A DNA stretch of 64,000 bases from Candidatus Bathyarchaeota archaeon (GCA_963772455.1 CAVYXJ010000007.1:224001-288000); one strand, 5' to 3'; positions 10,229 to 20,668 are shown, numbered from the stretch's first letter. Numbers and translations: made by a program. Notes: a model not told the origin generated them from the letters alone.

Positions 10229-12268
10229 ATGAAGAAAGAAATCTGCATTTCTTTAATAACATTACTTTTATGTTCAACGTTTTCAAGCGTGATTATACAA
10301 GGCGTTTTTTCTCAAACTCCAAATCTAATTGACCCCAAGACAATTCCCAAGTGGGTAAACCAACTAGACAAAGCGCCTCCAATCTATAATCCGAATAATG
10401 TGACTGACAATTCTGGAAAAATAATTCGTCAAGACTATGTAGTTGGTGTTAGCGAATTTATGCAACAAATATTACCTTTGATGGATGCTAATGGAAACCC
10501 AACTGGATTTGGTTCGACTAAGGTTTGGGGATTTGAAGGGCAAGCCAAAGATGCAATAACTGGAGAGAATCTTGGGTTAGTTCACAGCAGTCCTGGGTGC
10601 ACTTTTGAAGCCACCAGAGGAGTTCCAGTACAGGTGAAATGGGTAAATAATCTTGTGGATTCTTCAGGAAATCCTTTAAATCACATGTTTGCAATTGACC
10701 CAACTATCCAATGGGCAAACCCCAAAAACTTGGCATCTCCTGATCCTGTTTCTTTACCTGCTTTTCCCAGTGGTTATGTTCAAGCTCAAAGTCCTGTTCC
10801 AATCGTGATTCATTTGCACGGAGGAGAAGTTCCTTCAACATCTGATGGAAATCCTGAGGCATGGTGGACTACAAATGGATTACATGGAGCCGCATATAAT
10901 ACCGATTTAGCCACAGAAAGTAATTCAGCTGTGTTCACTTACCCTAATGAGCAACAACCAACAACTTTATGGTATCACGACCATGCTATGGGAATTACTC
11001 GTCTTAACGTCATGTCTGGACTTGCTGGTTTCTATTTGTTAAGAAGTACCGATGACCAAGTTGCTGGATTGCTACCAAAGGGTGAATTTGAAATTCCTCT
11101 TGCAATTCAAGATAGGAATTTTCTTTCTGACGGTTCACTTTATTTCCCAAGTGAAGGGAGTAATAAAGCGGTTCACCCATATTGGAATCCAACTTTTGTT
11201 GGAAATTCCATAATGGTAAATGGATTAGCATGGCCAAACACTGATGTTAAACAAGGTCAATATCGCCTTAGAATTTTAGATGGGTCAAACTCACGTTTTT
11301 ACACATTACATTTCTCAAATAATATGCAATTTACACAGATAGGAACTGACGGTGGATATCTAAAAACGCCTGTAACGCTTTCTTCATTAACTATTTCGCC
11401 AGGTGAACGAGTTGATTTACTTGTGGATTTTTCCAATGTAGCTGCTGGCGAAAAAGTAATTCTTGAGAATTCGGATCCCTTATTGACTAATGATGAAAAG
11501 CAAACTGTAGGTCAAATTATTCAGTTTACAGTCTCTAATGACAAAGGTTTTTCGCCTAAGTCTTTGCCTTCAGAATTGAATCCGACGCTCTCTAGTGACT
11601 TTCCTACTTTGCAATCTCCAACAAAAAGTAGAACACTTACTTTAATTGAGCAAGGCGATGCTCCAAATACGGTGGCGATGCTTCTGGACGGGCAATCGTG
11701 GGATGCTCCTGTTTCTGAAGAGCCCCAAATAGGAACAACTGAAGACTGGATTATTGTCAATCCATTGATGACTACACATCCAATCCATTTGCACTTAGTT
11801 CAATTTCAACTATTAGAAAGACAGGAACTTGCTTCAGCTCAATATCTGTATGATTGGCAAAGTTTAAACGGAAATGCTCCATTAAATCACAGTACCTTCA
11901 ACGTTGATTCTTTAGATCGATACTTATTGGGTCAACCTGTAAGACCGGCTCCATATGAGCAAGGCTGGAAAGATACCATTCAAGCGGACGCAGGTTCGGT
12001 CACCGTGATTCGAGTTCGGTTTGCTCCCCAAGATGGCTCTAACTACAAGTTTGATCCTACATCTGGTCCTGGATACGTATGGCATTGCCACATACTCGAT
12101 CATGAAGACAACGAAATGATGCGCCCCCTCGTGATTGTCGGTTCTTACAACCAAACGTCTCCGCTGCTATCTGTTGGTTTAATTGCAGTTGTAGTTATCT
12201 TAGTAGTAGCTATCGCATCAATTGTGTTCTGGCACTTTCGAAAGCGTTCTAAGGGTAAAATTTCATAA
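10229..12268 (+). CDS. Multicopper oxidase (CotA/bilirubin oxidase-like), exported and C-terminally membrane-anchored
   Basis: All four Cu motifs: HLHG, WYHDH, HPIHLH, WHCHILDHEDNEMM; N-terminal signal peptide; C-terminal TM followed by basic tail. Confidence 0.93.
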   Translation: MKKEICISLITLLLCSTFSSVIIQGVFSQTPNLIDPKTIPKWVNQLDKAPPIYNPNNVTDNSGKIIRQDYVVGVSEFMQQILPLMDANGNPTGFGSTKVWGFEGQAKDAITGENLGLVHSSPGCTFEATRGVPVQVKWVNNLVDSSGNPLNHMFAIDPTIQWANPKNLASPDPVSLPAFPSGYVQAQSPVPIVIHLHGGEVPSTSDGNPEAWWTTNGLHGAAYNTDLATESNSAVFTYPNEQQPTTLWYHDHAMGITRLNVMSGLAGFYLLRSTDDQVAGLLPKGEFEIPLAIQDRNFLSDGSLYFPSEGSNKAVHPYWNPTFVGNSIMVNGLAWPNTDVKQGQYRLRILDGSNSRFYTLHFSNNMQFTQIGTDGGYLKTPVTLSSLTISPGERVDLLVDFSNVAAGEKVILENSDPLLTNDEKQTVGQIIQFTVSNDKGFSPKSLPSELNPTLSSDFPTLQSPTKSRTLTLIEQGDAPNTVAMLLDGQSWDAPVSEEPQIGTTEDWIIVNPLMTTHPIHLHLVQFQLLERQELASAQYLYDWQSLNGNAPLNHSTFNVDSLDRYLLGQPVRPAPYEQGWKDTIQADAGSVTVIRVRFAPQDGSNYKFDPTSGPGYVWHCHILDHEDNEMMRPLVIVGSYNQTSPLLSVGLIAVVVILVVAIASIVFWHFRKRSKGKIS

Positions 12269-12466
12269 ACTACCACTTACATTGTCGATTTGGCTACAAT
12301 AGGAATTCAGTTAATTCCCTTGCCCCAACACAAACAATTACTCATAAATCTCACATAAAAAAAACACTGAACTATTCAAATAATGATAAAAAATTTGTCA
12401 GCTCTCAAACAGTAAAAATACCAAAACTTTGGGAAAACTTTTATTCATATTAAGCAACTTCAACTT

Positions 12467-13447
12467 ATGACTAGATTGCTTTGCAACAAAGAATTATATG
12501 AAACTGTTCTTCAAAAATCATTGAGTACAAAAGAGATTTTATGGGTTTGTTCTCCATCTCTTGGTTCAGGGTCTCATAGAGTATTTTCACAAGAAATCCT
12601 AAAGAATCCTCCAATTGATACTCGGTTTGTCTTCCAACTAAATGATTTTTCAGTTAAGGAAGGTGAAGTCAATCCTTATGAAATTCAGTACATATTGGAA
12701 CACTTGAAGGATGCCAAAATAAAATCTAACGAAAATTTTCATACAAACATTTACATTTTTGACGATTCAGCATTACTTACTTCGGCAACCTTGACGGAAG
12801 AAGCTTTTGAAAACAATAATGAAGTGGGTGTATTGCTTGAGGGATCAGATCTAGAAGAAATAAAAAGTTTTTTTAATGAAAGTTTATGGAACACTTCAAA
12901 ACCTATTGGGGAATTAAAAAAACATAAACTTATGTGGAATTTAGCCCAGAAGACTGCGAAAAAAGTCAACTTGAAAAAAATTAAACCTCATACGCAAATC
13001 AAAGATTGGACCAATGACTCGAGCAATACATGGTTTATTGGGGTTTCCCATTGGATATCTGCAAAGTCCGAACACAAAATAAAGAAAGAAACTAATTGGC
13101 AAAATAGTCTCTCTATATTAGGAGATGTTGGTTACAATTTTTTTAGCCATGTAAAACTTGAGGACTATGCCTATATTGCTGACTTAAGTAAACGTGGAAA
13201 AATAGAAGTTCAATTTGTCCGAATTCTTGATAAAGCACGTGTAGAAACCGATGAGGGAGATCTTCACGGGGTCTTTAAAATCGAAAAAACTTATGTTTTG
13301 GAAAGAGAACCATTCCATGAAATGCTAAAAAACTCAAATATCAAATCTAAAACGTCCGAGATTATACTTAATGATAACCAACTAAACCAGATAGCAATTG
13401 TTCTTTCTTCAATCAAACGCAAAAGAAGACGCAAGACCAAGAAATAA
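12467..13447 (+). CDS. Phospholipase D-fold nuclease-like protein with degenerate HKD motif
   Basis: VCSPSL, FHTNIYIFDD, TSATLT...NNEVG match the PLD nuclease pattern (HxK...D, SANLT, NxExG) with substitutions. Confidence 0.7.
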   Translation: MTRLLCNKELYETVLQKSLSTKEILWVCSPSLGSGSHRVFSQEILKNPPIDTRFVFQLNDFSVKEGEVNPYEIQYILEHLKDAKIKSNENFHTNIYIFDDSALLTSATLTEEAFENNNEVGVLLEGSDLEEIKSFFNESLWNTSKPIGELKKHKLMWNLAQKTAKKVNLKKIKPHTQIKDWTNDSSNTWFIGVSHWISAKSEHKIKKETNWQNSLSILGDVGYNFFSHVKLEDYAYIADLSKRGKIEVQFVRILDKARVETDEGDLHGVFKIEKTYVLEREPFHEMLKNSNIKSKTSEIILNDNQLNQIAIVLSSIKRKRRRKTKK

Positions 13448-13587
13448 AGATTGGAGAACAACCCTATAGAAAGTCGAGAAATTTGTTCTTCTTCAAGAAC
13501 CAAATATACTTAAATTTTTTATAATTTGTACCAAAACACAAATAGGTAAAAATAACGTCTTGAATTGTTCAGAAGGAAGTAATCAAC

Positions 13588-14046
13588 TTGGCAAATTTAG
13601 CGAGTAGCTGTGAATACTTAACAAATGAAAAATTATGTTTAGCTGTTTCTGAAAGCGAGAAATCAAGAGCAATTCGGCAGGTTCGTTGCAAAAATGATGA
13701 AAAGACGACATGTTGTTACCTTTGCATGTTTGTGTTAGATTGTGCAAATCCTTGCCGATTCTTAGGAGGTTATGAAAATGAACCTCAACAAGTTGATTCT
13801 GATAAAATCAAAATAGATAATTCGGTAACCAGTGAAAAAGAAACCAAAGTGAACGAAATAGAAAATGCTTCACTTACTTTCTGTACTTCATGTAATGTGG
13901 AGATGTCCCAAGGTAAGACTAAGTTTAAGATTGATAGTGATGGCTCGACTAGATTTGGGGCGGAAGTGTTACCTGTAATAGTGTATCTATGTCCTAAATG
14001 TGGCAAAATTGATTTTAGAGCTGATGAAAAATTAATCAAGAAATAA
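13588..14046 (+). CDS. Cys-rich hypothetical protein with C-terminal zinc ribbon
   Basis: N-terminal Cys cluster (CEYL...CCYLC...CANPC) and CTSC...YLCPKCGKIDF. Confidence 0.65.
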   Translation: MANLASSCEYLTNEKLCLAVSESEKSRAIRQVRCKNDEKTTCCYLCMFVLDCANPCRFLGGYENEPQQVDSDKIKIDNSVTSEKETKVNEIENASLTFCTSCNVEMSQGKTKFKIDSDGSTRFGAEVLPVIVYLCPKCGKIDFRADEKLIKK

Positions 14047-14059
14047 TTGGATTGTTACA

Positions 14060-14215
14060 TTAGGGCTTTTCTTGTTTGGCTTCTTTGATTGCTGAAACGA
14101 TTGTTCCACACTCGGTGCATTCCCAACAAGTATGTATTTTGTTTTTGTCATATACTGGATTCATTTCTTCTTCGCATTCAGGGCATACCTTTTCCAGTTG
14201 ATTTTTTTTTGACAT
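14060..14215 (-). CDS. 51-aa zinc-ribbon micro-protein
   Basis: Manual translation MSKKNQLEKVCPECEEEMNPVYDKNKIHTCWECTECGTIVSAIKEAKQEKP; CPxC...CxxCG. Confidence 0.6.
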   Translation of the reverse strand: MSKKNQLEKVCPECEEEMNPVYDKNKIHTCWECTECGTIVSAIKEAKQEKP

Positions 14216-14316
14216 TTTAATTTCAGACGTTTCACGCCTTTATACAATATAAACCAACTGGTATTAAGATTAGCAAAATCTAAATAAATCCATCCACAAA
14301 CAGTTTTCGATGCCTA

Positions 14317-14958
14317 ATGAAGACCTCAAACGGCAAAATACAAGCACTTGCACTATGTGGAATTCTATCGCCCATTGTCTATGTTGTAACTGTGGCTTTG
14401 GGTGGCTTTTTGGATCCTTCCTATTCTCACATTGGCAAAACCGTTAGCGAACTTGTTGAAAATGGTGCTCCAAATCGGGATTTACTCAATATATTGTTAG
14501 TGGTTTACAATGTCCTCATTATTCCGTTTGCAATTGGACTCTTCTTTGGTTTAAAGAAAGGTTTGAGTCGAGGTCTAGTGCTAGCTGCTTTGGTTCTTAC
14601 AGGCGTATTGGGCACCATTGTAACTGTTTTCTTTCCTTTAGATGCAGCCGGGCAATCTGTAACTTTTACGGGAACGATGCATTTGGTAGTGGTTGGTTTG
14701 GTGGTCCCATGCACGTTTATCTTCATGCTTGGATTCTGGAACATCGCACGAAAAGATGAAAGCTGGGGAAAGGCTGCAGTATTTTCGATTGCAGTGTTTG
14801 TTGTAACGTTGATTTCAGGGATAGCTACAGCGGCGTTTGTAAATTCTGATTATCGAGGTTTGCTTGAGCGTATTACGATAAGTTCAACCTTAGTTTGGAT
14901 TGAAGTAGTGGCAGCAAAACTATATTCTATCTCGAAAAGAAAACTTGCTTCTACTTAA
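14317..14958 (+). CDS. DUF998-family membrane protein
   Basis: PSYSHIGKTVSEL, FPLD, GTMH, GLLERI; about six TM segments. Confidence 0.8.
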   Translation: MKTSNGKIQALALCGILSPIVYVVTVALGGFLDPSYSHIGKTVSELVENGAPNRDLLNILLVVYNVLIIPFAIGLFFGLKKGLSRGLVLAALVLTGVLGTIVTVFFPLDAAGQSVTFTGTMHLVVVGLVVPCTFIFMLGFWNIARKDESWGKAAVFSIAVFVVTLISGIATAAFVNSDYRGLLERITISSTLVWIEVVAAKLYSISKRKLAST

Positions 14959-15102
14959 ATAACTAGTACGTACTGTTCTGTAAATACAAATGTGAAAACT
15001 ACAAAATGTGCTATTAACTCTAACAGTTCGAATGTAGAATAATAAGAGGTAAATGATTGAAAAGTTCTTGCTTACATTGGTCTATTAATTTTAAATGCGG
15101 TA

Positions 15103-15372
15103 TTATTCGGCTAAATAAACTGTTTCAGATGGAGCAAGAATTTGATTAGAAATAAAATAGACACCGTTATCAAACAACATATTTAACTCATGTTTTTTAA
15201 CAAAATCAGCAATAACCTCAAGTGAACTCTGGTTGACTGTAGTTTCCATAATTCTTAAAACAAACCCTTCTTTCAAAGTCTCAAGAATTTTTGCATCTAT
15301 TTTGCAGTTTATTCCTATTTCTCTTTTCAATACCATTGCGTCATACATTTTCAAAGTAACATCACCTGCCAA
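15103..15372 (-). CDS. Hypothetical protein
   Basis: 89-aa ORF with natural composition; the opposite-strand ORF looks like a shadow. Confidence 0.5.
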   Translation of the reverse strand: MAGDVTLKMYDAMVLKREIGINCKIDAKILETLKEGFVLRIMETTVNQSSLEVIADFVKKHELNMLFDNGVYFISNQILAPSETVYLAE

Positions 15373-15731
15373 AAATCTAGATTACAAAAGAATCGTAAAA
15401 CCAGATATCTATGCTATTAAAGACTGTCTATATTATATATTGCAACAGTTGCTTAAGATTATTTTGCATAATTATTATTTGATACCTAAAAATGAGAACA
15501 TAAAATTAAATATTAATTTTTAGATAGAACCGCTTTTTGCTTTTCAAAAATCTGATTATCCCTAAACCAGTCGCGATGCGGATTAATATCATTTTTATTT
15601 GAAGTCACAATCTTAAAATAGTTTTCTAGTTAAGACTACTACAAGGATTTTGAAATACCCATTACAACGCGATTATATGTGAATAATGCTGTTTTGGGAT
15701 TCAATAAATTCTTCAAAAGGCGTATTAACAG

Positions 15732-16091
15732 ATGTCAGAAAAATTTTCATTAAGGGAATTAATGGGTACAATTCTAAAAGAGATAAAAGCCATGCTCAAA
15801 GAATACATGAATGAAGCCGAAACAGCGGTTAAAAAACGCCTAAGAAAACTAATCTTGTTAAGCATAGTAAGCAGCGTTTTGTTGACGCTTGGCATTTCGT
15901 TAATCGGTTCAGCTTCTCTATTCATGCTAATTGGCTCTCTTAAGTATCTTAGCACGTTCATGCCAGCTTGGAAAGCATGGTATATCATTGGCATTACTTC
16001 AGGCATTACCGCAGGTATTTTGTTTTTGGCACTTTTTATTATTATAAGAAAACAATTAAAATCTCCTGAAACGCCCACAAAGCAAAATTAG
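15732..16091 (+). CDS. Small two-TM membrane protein (holin-X/DUF1469-like architecture)
   Basis: Amphipathic N-terminal helix, two hydrophobic segments, basic tail. Confidence 0.55.
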   Translation: MSEKFSLRELMGTILKEIKAMLKEYMNEAETAVKKRLRKLILLSIVSSVLLTLGISLIGSASLFMLIGSLKYLSTFMPAWKAWYIIGITSGITAGILFLALFIIIRKQLKSPETPTKQN

Positions 16092-16453
16092 CCACCTTCC
16101 TTGTTCAAACTCAAATATTGGATTCTATTAGAAAATGTTTCAATAAATAGAAATATATTTGATGTTGCAAAAGTGGGGAAAGCTTTTTTCTTTATATTTG
16201 TTGTTGACTTGTTATGACTGCAGTTGGAGCAGAACAGTTGGAAGAATGAATGTCTTAGTTACTGCCACAAAACTTTTTGTCGGGATTACCTGTTTGGAAA
16301 GACTGACTGTTGAGTAAACTTGCTTAAATCTTAGTTTTTGAGACTTCATGTTTTTATACTTTGACAATAAGTAAACGGCGATTCTATTGACTGTTGATCT
16401 CCAAATCAAATGTCGCGCGTATTCCATCAATATACTAGAAAAGGGGAATTCAA

Positions 16454-18376
16454 TTGGCAATTGAAGAGCGCAATTCTCAGGGCGAGAAATCGGAGATAAA
16501 AATCACTAAAAAACAATCAATCCGTTCAAAAAAGACAACTTCAACGATAGATACGCCTGAAAAACTCTTATCCAGCGAATGTGAAGAGCAATCATTTTCC
16601 TGCAGGAAAGATAAGCAAATGTATTCAATCACTTTTTCAGACCCCTATAACATAAAAAAGCTATTTCAAACAAGAAAGTTTTCAGAATTTCAGAAATTTC
16701 AGCTGAATTTAACGGCTATTCAAATTAAGCACACAAGTAAAATCGACAAACTCATTTCTGTAGATGAATTAAGGACAAAATTAATACCTTATAATTTTCA
16801 GATGAAGCTGGCGCTTCAGGTAATAAATGAAATGAATGGAAACGCGATTCTTGCTGATGAAGTAGGGCTTGGCAAAACAATCGAAGCGGGTCTTATTATG
16901 AAAGAGTTACTATTAAGGGATGAAATCAACTCAATTTTGATTGTATCGCCAAAGAGCCTCTTATCCCAGTGGAAAAGTGAAATGGCTGAGAAATTCGGAG
17001 AAACTTTCGCGGTTGCAAATACCAAACGAGTCAACCTCAAAACTGTTGACAGGATAATATGTTCACATAATCTTTTGTATAGAAAATATGATGAGCTTGC
17101 AAGTCGCACATGGGACCTTATTGTTGTGGATGAGGCGCATGCATTTAGGAACATCCATGGTAAGGGTAGAGCGTCTTTGGCAAAAATTAGAAAAAATCAT
17201 TTGCTGCTACTAACAGCTACCCCATTATGCAATAAGCTTACTGACTTGCATAGCATAGTAGATTTAATTCATCCAGGAATTCTTGATAGTGAACGTGCGT
17301 TTATTTCTAGGTTTGCTGAAGATTCCAAAAGTCGAGTTGTAAAGTCAGAGGAAGTAGATTATTTAAAACAGACGCTTCGAGATGTTATGTGCAGAACTCG
17401 TAGAGAACAAACTGGTATTCCATTTACGAAAAGGTGTGTTGACTCACGAACTCTTGAAGCTAATGAGGGCGAACGTGAATTTATTGATCAAGCAACCGAA
17501 TACCTCAGGGACATGAGCAATAACCATTTCAAGACAATAGAGACTCTAATAGCGGAGAATCCGAGTAGAAAAATAAGTCAATCCCAGAGTAACGCGATTT
17601 TAGTCTTTCAAGCGATTACACTTCAACAATCCTTCTCAAGTTCCCCGTTTGCGGCAATTGAATCTTTAAAGAAGAGACAACAACGATTCCCAATGGAGAC
17701 TGAAACCACTAGCAGATTAATTGAGTTGGCTGAAAAAGTCAAGGGGGCAAAAATGGAATTGCTAAGAAACGTTCTAAGGGAGATCCCGAATGAACAAGCA
17801 TTGATATTTTGTCTGCGAAAAATCACGGCTCACAAGCTTAAAGAAGTGATTGACCATGAGTTTGGCCGTGCGGCGGTTTTCTTGGGCGACTTGAATCAGG
17901 CTGAAAGAGATAAGGTTATTGAAAGTTTCAAGTGTGGCCAAACAAAATATCTTGTTGCCACTGATGCTGCAGCTGAAGGCTTAAACTTGCAGAATTGCTG
18001 TATGATGTTCAATTATGATTTGCATTGGAATCCCATGAAAATTGAACAGCGAATCGGTCGAATCCACAGATACAAACAAGACCGCGATGTTACAATCTTC
18101 AATTTAAGTGTTAAAGATACAATCGATGACTATGTTTTACACATATTGTATCAAAAAATAGATTTATTCACAATGACTGTTGGCAAAATGGAAACTGTTC
18201 TTGCTGAGTTAAAAGAGGGATCTCAAGATATACAAAAAACAATTGGAGAAATCTTGCTTAGAAGTAACTCGCGTATGGATATTAAAAAAGAACTTGAAAG
18301 ATTAGCAGAGGACCTTAATGTTTCTAGAAAGAATCAAGAATTGGCTGAAAAATTCACTCAAGGTGTTCTTGATTGA
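16454..18376 (+). CDS. SNF2-family helicase/ATPase (YqhH-like)
   Basis: LADEVGLGKT, DEAH, TATP, EGLNLQ, WNPMKIEQRIGRIHR; true start may be downstream. Confidence 0.92.
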   Translation: MAIEERNSQGEKSEIKITKKQSIRSKKTTSTIDTPEKLLSSECEEQSFSCRKDKQMYSITFSDPYNIKKLFQTRKFSEFQKFQLNLTAIQIKHTSKIDKLISVDELRTKLIPYNFQMKLALQVINEMNGNAILADEVGLGKTIEAGLIMKELLLRDEINSILIVSPKSLLSQWKSEMAEKFGETFAVANTKRVNLKTVDRIICSHNLLYRKYDELASRTWDLIVVDEAHAFRNIHGKGRASLAKIRKNHLLLLTATPLCNKLTDLHSIVDLIHPGILDSERAFISRFAEDSKSRVVKSEEVDYLKQTLRDVMCRTRREQTGIPFTKRCVDSRTLEANEGEREFIDQATEYLRDMSNNHFKTIETLIAENPSRKISQSQSNAILVFQAITLQQSFSSSPFAAIESLKKRQQRFPMETETTSRLIELAEKVKGAKMELLRNVLREIPNEQALIFCLRKITAHKLKEVIDHEFGRAAVFLGDLNQAERDKVIESFKCGQTKYLVATDAAAEGLNLQNCCMMFNYDLHWNPMKIEQRIGRIHRYKQDRDVTIFNLSVKDTIDDYVLHILYQKIDLFTMTVGKMETVLAELKEGSQDIQKTIGEILLRSNSRMDIKKELERLAEDLNVSRKNQELAEKFTQGVLD

Positions 18377-19749
18377 GCACAAAATATTCTGAAACTGCAA
18401 TTCACCAGTTCATTATGGCCTATGTTAAATCCAAAAATGGCATAATTTCAGAGCTGTCTGATGAAGTATTTTCCATAAAGTTTCCGCGCGAAACAAACCC
18501 CAAGGAATACACTTATCAACCAAATCTTTCACGAGAGAAGAAAATTCTTCTTATAACGCCAGGAAGCCTGGTGTTTCAGCAAATTCTTAAAGAATGCTTA
18601 GAAAATGGAATTCTTTGCCAAATTTCGCTTAAATCAAAAGAAGAAATTGTCGCTCTACTCAAAGGATACTTTAAGGATTCATATTTTTCTTGTGAAGACT
18701 GTGACAATATTACCATTGAAGGTCAAGCATACTGCTCCTGCATAAAAAATCCGCCATGTTATCATAAAATAAATAACGGAGAAATAGTTTCAGCAAAAAT
18801 TCTCAAAAATGAGTCAGTGAGGTATTTCGAATTTTATTTTTCGATAATTTTTCAAAATAAACTTCGACAGAGAAACGAAGAAACAATTACAGTACTGATG
18901 GATGAGGATGGAAATATCGTTAGGGCAGGGGAGTTTAGTAAAGGAAATGTTCTGAATTCCCAAACGATTGAGGTTAAAGATTTTAAGTCTAAGCTTGAAT
19001 CTTCGGTCTTTGAAAAGCTGAAAGCAGTTGCAGACAAAAAGTTGGAAACCATAGTTAAGGAAAAATTGGTTCTTTTTGACTTAGCCCTCTACAAAGAGAA
19101 AAAATCTAAACTAAGGAGCTTCGATAAGAGACTTAGAAAGGAGCGACGTGAAAAGGTAATTTCTAGAAAGCATGATTTTGATCTACCTCAATGGCGAGCC
19201 AACTACGAGTTGCTATTAAAAAGTGAAGAAGAATCTTTCAAAACCAATATTACAGTAAAATTCATCAATTTAATGGTAATTAACACAACCAAAATAAAAT
19301 TTGAAATAAACCTTGACAATAATTCAACTATTCGATCCTCTGTGGTCATTGGTATAAATGATAATTCAGAAGTTAGCTGCCCGATATGCAAAAAAACTTT
19401 CTATGAAGGATACGCAACCCAAGATGCACTCTATGTTTGTAAAAATTGCGTCAGACAATCCATAGACACTGCCAAAATTTATTCAAAAAAAGCAACGCTC
19501 TCGTTAGATGAAACATTAAATGAGTACTTTGAACAAGATTCAGGTTTCATTTGTTCAGTGTGTGGAAAAAGACACAGTCGGTTGCTGGAATTCAAGTGTG
19601 GTCATGACAATTCAAGCGTATGCATTCACCATTATGGAAGTTGTGACGTTTGTGGAAAAGTTTTTTCAAAACTCAATCTTACATACACAGACGAGTTTAA
19701 GCGACAATTATGCCCAAAACATGCATCCAAAATAGCAAAGGAGCATTAA
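18373..19749 (+). CDS. SNF2-associated Cys/His-rich protein with multiple zinc fingers
   Basis: TTGA overlap with the helicase stop; CEDC, CPIC..CKNC, CSVC, CIHH, CDVC, CPKH. Confidence 0.7.
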   Translation: MSTKYSETAIHQFIMAYVKSKNGIISELSDEVFSIKFPRETNPKEYTYQPNLSREKKILLITPGSLVFQQILKECLENGILCQISLKSKEEIVALLKGYFKDSYFSCEDCDNITIEGQAYCSCIKNPPCYHKINNGEIVSAKILKNESVRYFEFYFSIIFQNKLRQRNEETITVLMDEDGNIVRAGEFSKGNVLNSQTIEVKDFKSKLESSVFEKLKAVADKKLETIVKEKLVLFDLALYKEKKSKLRSFDKRLRKERREKVISRKHDFDLPQWRANYELLLKSEEESFKTNITVKFINLMVINTTKIKFEINLDNNSTIRSSVVIGINDNSEVSCPICKKTFYEGYATQDALYVCKNCVRQSIDTAKIYSKKATLSLDETLNEYFEQDSGFICSVCGKRHSRLLEFKCGHDNSSVCIHHYGSCDVCGKVFSKLNLTYTDEFKRQLCPKHASKIAKEH

Positions 19750-19750
19750 G

Positions 19751-20668
19751 ATGACATATTTCAAATTAAATGGCGTAATAGAAGAAATAATCAAGCGATA
19801 TCCAAATATCGATATCGCAGATTTTTTGCAAGAGAAACTGCAGATTCCGGACTATAAGGCAGATGAATTGGCTTCCAGAATAGAAAAGGAATGTTGTCAC
19901 AAAGTAAACAAATATTTTGTTGGACAATTGTTAGAAAAATCAGATGAATCTGAGCGTTTGAAAACAAGTGTTTATTCGGTTGAAAGCCTTTCAGAGCGGG
20001 AATTTGAAAGGTTTGCTAAGTGGCTGCTTGAAGAATTAGGTTATGAAATTTTCCCGGGGAGTCATTCAATTAATTCAGGCGTTTGCCTGGTGGCTACAAA
20101 GGATGATAAGAAAATTGCGATTTTAACTAAAAAAACTCAGAGAAATAGCGACGTTTCGAATTTAGTCATTCTAAAATCCCAAGAAACTAAGGGTATCTAC
20201 GGTTGCTCTAGATCAAATGTCTTAACTACTTCGTATTTTACCAAACAAGCTAAAGCTGACGCTCAGAAGTTCGATGTTGAACTTTGGGACAGAGACACAC
20301 TCAATACGAAGATTACCGAGGTAGTAAAAAAGATCGAACTGGAAGAGCAGATTTGTTTTCCCCCATTCAAAGGACCACTTCTGCAGAGCCTCCTTAGGCT
20401 AGAAGAAACCAAGGATTTTATTATTGAATCAAAATTAGAAGGAAAATATGAGTTAAATTTACCCGGTGTGAAGTATCCTCTGCTGACTTTTCAGACGCAT
20501 AATAACGAAATTACCAGATGTGTATTTAGAATTAAATATAATGAGCCTGTAGGCGAATTTGATGGTGAAGCAATAATCAATACTGACCGCAACAACAATA
20601 GATTCGGTCCTAATGGCGAAGAAGCATACGCATTAATAATCAAGTATCTTGAGCAATTTGTGGAGTAA
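19751..20668 (+). CDS. Mrr-like restriction endonuclease domain protein, catalytic motif degenerate
   Basis: LSEREFERFAKWLLEELGY, TTSYFTKQA, VELWDRDTL are Mrr_cat hallmarks; D and QxK positions read GVCLVA and AILTKK. Confidence 0.75.
   Translation: MTYFKLNGVIEEIIKRYPNIDIADFLQEKLQIPDYKADELASRIEKECCHKVNKYFVGQLLEKSDESERLKTSVYSVESLSEREFERFAKWLLEELGYEIFPGSHSINSGVCLVATKDDKKIAILTKKTQRNSDVSNLVILKSQETKGIYGCSRSNVLTTSYFTKQAKADAQKFDVELWDRDTLNTKITEVVKKIELEEQICFPPFKGPLLQSLLRLEETKDFIIESKLEGKYELNLPGVKYPLLTFQTHNNEITRCVFRIKYNEPVGEFDGEAIINTDRNNNRFGPNGEEAYALIIKYLEQFVE

Noticed and set aside
15233-16460. ORFs 15233-15523, 15725-16078 and 16212-16460
   Set aside because: They overlap better-supported opposite-strand genes or have non-protein-like composition in AT-rich intergenic DNA
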